A DNA stretch of 64,000 nt from Macrostomum lignano (taxonomy: Eukaryota): positions 95,431 to 159,430 of the forward strand of contig NIVC01002016.1 in NCBI GenBank assembly GCA_002269645.1. Reading direction: 5' to 3'. Shown here in pieces: positions 53,497 through 64,000 of the stretch (its first letter is position 1; each line of letters starts with the position of its first letter). The translations under genes were made by a program, and so were the position numbers. The notes under the pieces were generated by a model, which saw only the letters and a list, made by a program, of their open reading frames with translations, ran no database searches and was not told where the DNA came from.

Positions 53497-54790
53497 ATTG
53501 ACTATTTCACAAACCCAGCCATTTCACATCGACTCTTTCACAAACCCTGACTTTCACATTGACACTTTCACAAACCCAGACATTGACTCTTTCACAAACC
53601 CAGGCATTTCACATTGAGTCTTTCACAAACCCAAACATTTCCCGCTGACTCTTTCACAAACCCAGACATTTCACATTGATTCTTTCACAAATCCAGACAT
53701 TTCACATTGATTCTTTCACAAACCCAGACATTTCACATTGACACTTTCACAAACCCAGGCATTGACTCTTTCACAAACCCAGACATTTCACATTGATTCT
53801 TTCACAAATCCAGACATTTCACATTGATTCTTTCACAAATCCAGACATTTCAAATTGATTCTTTTACAAACCCAGACATTTCACATTGACACTTTCACAA
53901 ACCCAGGCATTGACTCTTTCACAAACCCAGACATTTCACATTGATTCTTTCACAAATCCAGACGTTTCACATTGATTCTTTCACAAATCCAGACATTTCA
54001 GATTTATTCTTTCACAAACCCAGACATTGACTCTTTCACAAACCCAGGCATTTCACATTGAGTCTTTCACAAACCCAGGCATTTCACATTGATTCTTTCA
54101 CAAACCAAGCCATTTCACATCGACTCTTTCACAAACCCTGGCTTTCACATTGACACTTTCACAAACCCAGACATTGATTCTTTCACAAATCCAGACATTT
54201 CACATTGATTCTTTCACAAACCCAGGCATTTCCCGCTGACTCTTTCACAAACCCAGACATTTCACATTAATTCTTTCACAAATCCAGACATTTCACATTG
54301 AGTCTTTCACAAACCCAGGCATTTCACATTGAGTCTTTCACAAACCCAAACATTTCCCGCAGACTCTTTCACAAACCCAGACATTTCACATTGATTCTTT
54401 CACAAACCCAGACATTTACCACTGATTCTTTCACAAACCCAGACATTTCACATTGAGTCTTTCACAAACCCAGGCATTTCACATTGAGTCTTTCACAAAC
54501 CCAGACATTTACCACTGATTCTTTCACAAACCCAGACATTTCACATTGAGTCTTTCACAAACCCAGGCATTTCACATTGAGTCTTTCACAAACCCAGACA
54601 TTTTACATTGAGTCTTTCACAAACCCAGGCATTTCACATTGAGTCTTTCACAAACCCAGACATTTTACATTGAGTCTTTCACAAACCCAGATATTTCCCG
54701 CTGACTTTCACAAACCCAGACGTTTCAGATTGAATCTTTCACAAACCACAAATTTCACATTTAATCTTTCACAAATACTGAAATTTTTCA
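53497..54790. repeat. 31/24-bp intronic minisatellite (TTGACTCTTTCACAAACCCAGACATTTCACA) filling the last ARF intron
   Basis: About 42 units inside intron 53423-54931. Confidence 0.95.
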
Positions 54791-54886
54791 TAGAATCTGT
54801 AACAAGTACCGAAATTTCACATAGAATCTGTAACAAGTACGTAAATTCACAAAGAATCTGTATCAACAACTAGCACCGAAATTTCA

Positions 54887-55372
<486 letters not shown>

Positions 55373-56859
55373 TTAGAAATAAAATACCAACATCTCTATT
55401 CTATTCTCGCAGAAGTTGCAAGTCTACAGACTCAACACTTGCAGATTGTTTAAATTTGAAATTTGATTCATATTATTGGTGCTTCAAATGAAATATGAAT
55501 CAAAATAGCAAATACAGATCTTAAACTAAATGACATCAAGCTTAGAAAAAAATAAATAGCCAAATTGACATCTTCTAAGGTCTAAATTTAGAATTCCAAA
55601 AGTAACTTTGTCATGACACATGCTAACACAAACTCAGCATGGAATAGCTATATCTATAGCTAGAAAGATGCTTCAACTAACGATAAATGTGATCTTGTAA
55701 ACCATATATGCATATGTATCTTTTGAACAATAATATGCGCAAAATATACAATATATTAGCAAACACTTTTATAGCTTTTTAAATTAAGGTTTTACAAAAT
55801 CTATGAAAATTTATAATTCCACAAACATGCTACATGTATATAACAGTTTTAACAAATCCAAATACTTTAAAAAATCATAATAATATCACTGATTCACAGG
55901 ATAGTAACAAAGTCCCAAGAATTGAAATTAGATAAAAATTGGAACTAGAAACTTTCAAAAATTTTACTTTTTAATTTTTTAAATCAAAATTTGCTTTTAA
56001 AAATCCCAAAATTTAGAAAATTGAAATTGAAATTCTAGAACATCTCTAAAATTTATCATCCTATTTACCTTTTATTAGCAATGATCAACTATGCATAATA
56101 TTCCTTTGGCTAGTTAAGTTCTAACGTTTTAATTAAGATTGCATCATAACAACCTTTGGCTTTAATCTAAATATACTAAATCTTTATCTTACTAAATTAG
56201 CTAGATGCAATGAAAAGTTTTGGCTATCAGAGAATATAAATATTAGTTATTTTCATAAAAATTCCAATCTATATTAATATTAGGAATTTGGTCCATTTTT
56301 TACAATAATCCATAGTCCCAAGTATGCACAATGCATATGCACCAGTTTTTTTTTTGCTTTGCATACTACACATAGGAAGGTTGGATTAAATCCACTAAGT
56401 ATGCGCCAATAAATCCTAAGAAAGAAGGTTGCAAGTTGAGGCACTGCAACAATCAATCTCTTTAAAACATGTACTAGGTTTCCCTAAAACATATATTATA
56501 ATGCCTAGCAGCCTTACACTTTAAAACAAATTGGACTATAAATTAAGACATCACAAAAGTTTTTTCTGTTACACTTTACTTTACTTTGTTAAAATCAGAA
56601 TAAAACTGGCAGACATCTATCCTGATTAGAGCATTTTAGGAACTAGGGATTTGCGGAAATATCATTTAAAACATTCTCTTAGTAATTTATAAATGAAATA
56701 GACCATTTTTGGCAATTTTGCTAAGTCTAAGCCACTTATTTTGCTTTTTTTCTTCAAAAAACCTTATTTTTGTTTCTCATAAATCATCAAAATGGGGGGG
56801 GGATATATCCCTATATCCCTCCCTAGCTATACTACTAGTTCTTTATATTTAGGAAAGGC

Positions 56860-59800
56860 CACAGAAACTATAATAGCTAGATAGGCCACTTAAGGCAAAT
56901 GTCCTTAGTTTTTTTATTTTTCTACTTTTAGTTCAATAGCAAATAAAGAATTCATTAGCTATATTATGTATAACAACAGTTTATATGGCTGGTATAGTTT
57001 ACAAGTGGAGCATGCAGACATGCAAACAACTTAATTGGTTCAGCTAAATGTACATTGGCTAATGCCACTAAAATGTATGAATATATAGCAATCAACAAGA
57101 GAGCACTTGGTGAGGAAATAAAAAGGGTGGGGGTTAACTGTAAAGGGAATATCTATATAGGCATGCAAAATTAGAGTGGGGGGGTATAAGGGTCGCTATA
57201 TAAGCAAATAGGAAGTGAGGAAAGAATTAAGATAAGATCTCAATCATCTAGCTTATTGGCCCACCACAGATACTATAAACTGACTAGATTTAGCAAATAC
57301 AAGACAAGCTCTGTTTGTTTTCTCGACTTAAAGTGCCTGCTTTACTTTATTAATATAAGATATCATATAGATTTCTTCATTAAAAATGAAAAAAAAATTA
57401 AGATAAAATTCAGAGTAGTATAAGCAGCAGTTTCTTGATTCCCGTGGAATACGATGGTCAAAAAAATTCCAAATCCATCTAGCTACACTACAAGAGCCTA
57501 GCTGCCTACCAAATGTTGAGCAACAAGTGAAGTTTCTACTTCTATCTAAGATATTGTTGAAGCAGTCAACCTGCCAGTTCTTTTCATCCCCTGGAGTCTG
57601 CCAGAAAACAATCAAACTGTTGCATGAAAAGCTTGCTAATGACCCCAAGCCATAGCAACTAGCAACCCTTTGCTTGGATCGCATGAGTTTATTAGCTAGC
57701 ATCTGCTACAACCACCATGGTGACTAAGTTGTAGGCTATGACCTTGCTAATGACCTTGAGCAAAATCTTCAAAGATCCATAAACAAAGCAGTTGTTGCTA
57801 TTCTTAGTGGAATCTGGAGCAACTGGAAGCAACTAATTGCATACTATCAAGTACATAGAACCTTTGGTCAGCTTCAATTCAAGTCTGCAATAGACGAGTG
57901 CCTTTGCTCTGCAAAAGGCCTATCCCAAACTGGTGAGTTGAGTACTTAAATGATATAATGCCTTATAAAAATTAAAACAAAGTTTGAAAATATAAAATAA
58001 TTTATTTTGTACTAAAATTCTATTGCTATTGTTTTGATTTGAAACTTCAAGTCTTCAAAAAAAATCAGTTTGTGCTAGTAAACATTTTGTTTATTTAAGG
58101 CCTTGGAACTTTTTATTTGTTTAGGTAACTCCTACAGCTCCATTTCTAAACTATCCTGTGACACAAAAACCCATATTTGTGATCATCAATCCCACACTGC
58201 CTAAAGAATGTGTGCAATACCCTCATTAAGAACAACATCATTTTGATAGAGACAAGCAAGCAAGATGGCAAGACTTTGGTCAACTTCTACAAAAGGGACA
58301 GCAGCTGATCATTTAGACTGGCGAGTTAGCTGAGTGATGCACACTTCAACCTCCAATTGGGCCAGAAAATGAAAGTCTACCTAGCCACTCTGATCTTTAG
58401 TCACTTGGTTGCTAGCAAAATCAAGACACTAGTGCATCAGGAACTGCCTATTGAATATTGATGCCTTGCAGATAGCAGATTTTGTGCAGAGAGTTAATGA
58501 TGCATTCAACTTGTTGAATTTTATGCACATTTTTGACAAAGAATTTAAGCAGCCAATCATATCAAATTTGCTTGAAGAAAAGATTGTCAAGTTGCGCAGC
58601 ATCAAAGCCTTCATTGGAAGCTGGCAGTTCCTTCCTAGTAGCAGGAAATCAATAAAGGTCACTATTAAATTCAAAGAGGCATTGATTCTGTCAACTTCTG
58701 CAATATGGCAGCTAAGCATAGTGTTGATTTAAGATGAGCACAACAAGTTCTTGTGCATGCAAAGACTAACACAGGATCATGTTAAGGTGAGTTACCTCAA
58801 TTTTTTAAATCAAACATTTTATAAATTGTATAATCACAAATACAAAAAGAAATTTTATTTATAGCTATAATATGTACTTCAAATATACCATATTATTATA
58901 GTAAATTATTAGTTATAAAAATATTCATTGAGTATGAATATAAATATCTTAAGTTGTAAATTTTATTTAAAGTAAAATACATGTAAAAAACTTGAATTGC
59001 AGAATCTATTCTGCATCATCCGTGGCCACAATGGCTTTAACAAAAAGCCTGAGATTTCAATGTTTGTTGGGGCACTGCAATCTGTAGCTGCCAATAGATA
59101 ACTGCATCTATCTATCTGTAGCTACAATCTGTCCCAGCCAGATCTAGATCTAGATCCAGAGCCAGAAACTACAAAGACAACAGCTATGTAGATGCAATCA
59201 TAGCAGACTATGCAGCCATTAAACTCAGCACGACTAGCACATCTGCAACAAGTGATTTAAAGGCTGATGATTGGAGCAATGTGACTATTTCCAAAGTCTT
59301 AATACAAGAGCAGCCAGCTGATGATTCAGTTCTAGAAGAAACAACTGAGTACATAGATGGCTTTATGCTCAATAAGAGTGGCATTCTAGAATGCCAGAGC
59401 TGCAAGTTGGTTTTGACTGTTACAAATCCTACTAGAATGCATCTACAGCATAAGATGCTCTTATATAGTCAGTGGTCTAAAACTGCCTTTGCCAACTACA
59501 TTGCAAAGCTTTAACAAAATGGAAGCCATCTTCAGTGCTCAATCAGCAGCCTTCATTGTGTAGCCAAAAGTTGTATTCCAAGTAAAACAAATTTTCTTTG
59601 ATCTGGAATTTCCTTCCTAGCTTGTAAAATGCATTTCCAACAAGTGCAAGACCATTTATTTAAAGCATTTTTATGTCTGCATTTACACCATTAGTGCCAT
59701 GGTAGAATGCCCCTAGATGTCTATTCTAAGTACTCTGCATTGCAAAAAGTCAAGAAATTTAACTAGATATTTGCATTAACTATACTTTTTACATCAATGG

Positions 59801-60199
59801 TTTGCTGCTATTTTGGAATTTGGTCCCAAATTTTGTTGACAAAATTTGCCTTGTAAGACAAATTTTGATACTGTTTATTATTTTTTTAGCCAGTGTCTAT
59901 TTTGTACTTCATATGACTTTTATCATCTAATTTTATAATAAAATGTATCTTTGAATTGCTCATTTTTGTACATTTACTTTTGTTTGTGATATGCATTTTA
60001 CTCATAATGGCAATGTAAAATATCATTCTCATCCTCTTTTAAAAAAGTTAATTTATTTGCATAACATTACAATATTTTTATTTACCAAGATTATACATTT
60101 TATGGAAAAAATCAATAAATTATTTGTATTTCTAATGAACTAAAATTAGAGTGCTAGCATATGTGTTAAGTGGCCTATCTAGTTATTATAGTATCTGTA
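56860..60199 (+). mobile_element. P element (THAP9-like transposase, intron-containing, decayed), 3340 bp, in ARF intron 1
   Basis: 34-bp TIRs CACAGA(A/T)ACTATAATA(G/A)CTAGATAGGCCACTTAA (3 mismatches); exact 8-bp TSD GGAAAGGC (56852-56859 and 60200-60207). Transposase motifs LCLDRMSL...D*VVGY, LSGIWSNWKQLIAYY, CLKNVCN, KMKVYLA, FVQRVNDAF, RLTQDHVK|NLFCIIR, EYIDGF...C..C. Confidence 0.95.
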
Positions 60200-60594
60200 G
60201 GAAAGGCCCATAGTCTTGTAGATTTCTTTTTTTGGTGAAAATTCCTGTGTGGATGGCCCTATAAATATTTGCATTACGCATAGCTTGGCCAAGATCCATT
60301 TTCACTAACATATAGCCATGTGCTTAGTGCAAACAGCAAATTGTATGCTGCTACATGGCGTTGGCATGTAGCATAAAGCATGTGATGTTGCTCATAAATC
60401 ATTTTTACTCTAATTGAATTTATAATCACAACCAAATAGAAAATCAATCAAGCAGAATTAATACTCTCGTTAATGTAGGTGAGTTGTTTGTTCAGTAATA
60501 AAAGAAGTATTTTTCTGTATGTTTAAAATTTGTTTTATAAAAATTTAAGATGTAGTAGATAAAATTTTCTTTGTTTTGTTTAACTGTTTACTTA

Positions 60595-61930
60595 TGAGGT
60601 ATGTCAGAAAAGTTCCAGGACTGAGCCTACAGCTTGGCTTCTGGGTGCACTATGAATTAGCGGTTTGTGGTAGGCTTTAGCAGCATATAACAAGTGCTTT
60701 GTCCTGCAATATCAGCTAATCAACATTTTTATGCAAACTTGTGCTAGGATTAAGGTTTGGCAAGTTCTCTAACAACCATTGTGCCATGAGTACCGAGCAA
60801 TGAATCAATCTGAAGTTCCTTGTTCGATTGGGGAAATCAGCCTTGGAAGCACTTGAACTGTTGCAGCAAGTGTATGGGGCTGAAGCCATGTCTTGCTCCC
60901 GCATTTTTGAATGGCACAAGCAATTCAAAGAGGGGCGGGAGGAGGTTGAGGATAATGCCAGGAGTGGAAGACCTTCAATGAGCAGGACGGAAGAAAATGT
61001 GGAGCGAGTGGCGAGGTTGCTTCGTAGCGACCATCGGCTGACTGTTCGCTTGATTGCAGACAAGTTGAGCTTGAATCATGACAATGTTCATAAGATTCTG
61101 ACTGAGGATCTGGGGATGCACAAGATTTGTGCCAAGATGGTTCCAAAGTTGCTGAGCGAGGACCAGAAGGAACGACGACTGCAGGTGTGCCAGGACATCC
61201 TTGAACACATTGAAGCTGATCCAAGCTTATTGCACAGAGTGATTACCGGTGATGAGTCGTGGATTTTTTAGTACGACCCGGAGACCAAGCGGCAGAGTGG
61301 TGAATGGCAGCGACCAGGATCACCAAGACCAGTGAAGGCGCGACAATCAAGGTCGAAGGTCAAGCTTATGCTCATTGCATTCTTTGATGTCAAAGGCATT
61401 GTGCACATAGAGTTCCTGCCCAAAGGTCACACCATCAATCAGCATGTGTACAAGGAGATTCTGCAGCGGCTGCTTTGCTCAGTGCAAGACAAGAGACATG
61501 ATTTGTGGGAGGCCAAGTCATGGTTCCTTCATCAGGACAATGCACCATCTCACAATGCTCTTAATGTCAGGGAGTATCTGGCGGATAGGAATGTCACAGT
61601 GCTGGACCAGCCTCTATACTCACCAGTGCTGGACCAGCCTCTATACTCACCAGATCTGGCTCTATGTGATTTTTTCCTATTTCCCAAGCTCAAGGAAGTC
61701 CTCAAAGGTACTTGATTTCCTGATGTAGATGCCATCAGAAGGGCCACGACGACGCAACTGCGGAGCATTCCCAAAGAAGCTTTCCAGAGCTGCATGGATG
61801 CCTGGCAGAGACGGATGGACAAGTGCGTTCATCTCAGGGGGGATTACTTTGAAGGGGCCAGCTTTGGTTCTGAGTGATTTTTATTAATAAATTTTTTATA
61901 AGCACAGTCCCAGAACTTTTCTGACACACG
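60595..61930 (+). mobile_element. Mariner (DD34D) transposon, full length, inactive
   Basis: TIRs of about 29 bp (GTGTCAGAAAAGTTCYRGGACTG core) with TA at 60593-60594; the outer right end is eroded. Confidence 0.95.
60786..61877 (+). pseudogene. Mariner transposase pseudogene
   Basis: A single frame from ATG 60786 to TGA 61877 with premature stops at 60801, 61269 and 61713. Motifs: HTH, RSGRP, VITGDESW, YDPETK, HQDNAPSH, YSPDLALCDFFLF. A 27-bp in-frame tandem duplication (VLDQPLYSP). Confidence 0.95.
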
Positions 61931-62825
61931 ATATATTAAAAAAGTCCATGATGGAGTTCCATCAATGCAAGGCAAAAAGTTAGATCTTAGAACTGTTTTT
62001 TGTGTATGCACTAATGAAGTCAATGGTATTTGAAAGTTTACTCATTGTTCTAGAATGTTAGTCTTGCAGAACAATGTGTTGGATGTATTGTTGTATTTTT
62101 AGAAAATGAACTAAAAGAATCCACATGATGCAATGCACATGCCATAGTCCAGATCATGCTAGATGCACAATTGAACAAAAATTGAATAATTATAAATGCA
62201 TTCCAAAAAATGTACTGCATGCCCATTTTTAAAAATATGCCAATGTTGCAACAATAAATGACCTTTTTACATTGTGATAATGAATGACCTTTTCTAAATT
62301 GCATAATAAACCCTTATTAGCAGATAATTTGGTTGATTTTTATGCTTTTTTAGCGATACTATTTATAGTGGAAAATTACATTGTGATAATTACATTGTCA
62401 CATACTTATACTGGTCCATACTTATAGACATGGCCGCCATGTCTATAAGTTTCCGCATTATAAGCATGGCTGCCGTGTCTATAAGTATGGACCTAGTCAC
62501 TATTAGAGACATGGCTGCCGTGTCAATGAAACTTGCACAGCAGCCGTGATGTTAATATTGAATGGGTTTACACTTAGAGACACAATGGGTGGCCATGTTG
62601 TTAATATTGAATAGGTTCACACTTAGAGACACAATAGAAAAATAAAATTTTCAGTGTCATTTTCAATGATATTTTCATTTTCATTTTAAATTTTCATTTT
62701 CAATAATATTTATTTTTATTAAAAAGTAATTTAATTTACTTTTTTTAATTAAAAAACATGAAAAGTTCAAGATGGAAAATTTTTTGTTTGTTAAAAAATC
62801 AAATTAGGGTCTAAAAAACTCCAAC

Positions 62826-62893
62826 TACTTGGGATTTGAACCTAGGTACACGCAATCATAAGGAATCAACATATCCACTAAGCCACCACTTGC
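62826..62893 (-). mobile_element. tRNA-derived SINE head or decayed tRNA pseudogene
   Basis: Minus strand A box TGGCTTAGTGG and B box GGTTCAAATCC at tRNA-like spacing; the stems are not intact. Confidence 0.55.
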
Positions 62894-62915
62894 TTGAGAG
62901 AAGGTCCTACAGAAT

Positions 62916-63837
62916 AATGTATTGGTTTCCCGACAGACATTCAAACAGACATTCAGAAATCGTTCAGTAAATGATTAACAAAATTGTCTATTTATTACGC
63001 AAGATACTGTGTATTTATAGAAACTTTTATGCATGTCTCTTCTTTAAAAAGACACCTCAGACACACACAAAGATGCTTTACAAGCTGAGATATTCCCTAG
63101 CAACTGTTGTTACGACGTTTCCCAATGTACCGAATATTGTATGTAGTAGTTTTTTGAGAAGCCGCTACATCGTCCCACTTTGGTCTTTCTGCATGAAATT
63201 TGCATAGCTGTTTTACGCATGTCTCTGCTTTAAAAGACACCTCAGACATACACAAAGACGCTTCACAAGCTGAGATATTCCTTAGCAAATGTTGTCACGA
63301 CATTTTCTAAAAATACTGAATGTATTATTATTACAATATTATTAATATTATTATTGAAATTATTACTATTAATAATGATAATAAGATTATTACGATCGTA
63401 TTACTGTATTCCTTTATTACTATATAATAATATTACTGTTCTATTATTAACAGTAGAACAGGGAATCCCCCACCCCTGACATAATTTTTTATACGCCAAC
63501 ATGGAGCAACGCGGGCGCACGAAATTCAAGAACACGGGCTTACTTTTTGCTATGCAAATTTCATACAGAAAGACCAAAGTGGGACGATGTAGCGGCTTCT
63601 CAAAAAACTACTAATACAATATTTGGTACATTGGGAAACGTCGTAACAACAGTTGCTAGGGAATATTCAGCTTGTAAAGCGTCTTTGTGTGTGTCTAAGG
63701 TGTCTTTTTAAAGAAGAGACATGCATAAAGTTCTATAAATACACAGTATCTTGCGTAATAAATAGACAATTTTGTTAATCATTTACTGAACGATTTCTGA
63801 ATGTCTGTTTGAATGTTTATCGGGAAACCAATACGTT
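62916..63837. mobile_element. Foldback-type MITE with about 290-bp inverted arms
   Basis: Arms 62916-63208 and 63549-63837 are highly similar inverted copies; TACAGAA occurs at both boundaries (62908 and 63837); an internal direct copy of part of the left arm lies at about 63215-63330. Confidence 0.88.
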
Positions 63838-64000
63838 ACAGAACACACATTTTATATTGATGATTATAGCCATGCCTATAAGCTCAAATATTATAGACAC
63901 AGCCACCGTGCCTATAAGTATTCTGTATATATAATGCTGCTGCATTAAGACACCAAAAAAACTTTGCCACTCTTAGATGCAAGTATGCATGTAATAGGCC

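Overview
Eukaryotic (animal) genomic DNA. GC-rich coding exons, AT-rich spacers, TTAGGG-type repeats and dense minisatellites suggest a flatworm such as Macrostomum; this is an inference, not proven. Genes: (1) an intronless rhodopsin-class GPCR (687-1922, +); (2) a co-oriented minus-strand cluster of a KEOPS subunit Pcc1/LAGE3 (26888-27169), a divergent multi-RRM protein (two exons, 22608-24838) and a six-finger C2H2 protein (three exons, 18542-21370), the last two possibly one gene; (3) two distantly related small type-I membrane protein genes (+; 37497 disrupted, 42411 intact), each with a (GTCT)n-filled intron at the same position; (4) a coiled-coil plus Death-domain gene (47564-50560, +); (5) the last two exons of a class II ARF GTPase (-), whose first exon appears to lie beyond the window. 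Mobile elements, most bounded by readable TIRs/TSDs: a 3.34-kb intron-containing P element with an 8-bp TSD plus a 450-bp MITE of the same family, a Merlin deletion derivative with a 9-bp TSD, a decayed DD34D mariner, two hAT-type MITEs, a foldback MITE, a head-to-tail pair of 3-kb non-autonomous Helitrons, and LINE 3' fragments. About 17 distinct minisatellite/microsatellite arrays are present, typically one family per intron. Most long ORFs in the supplied track are repeat artefacts. No prokaryotic features or CRISPR arrays were found.
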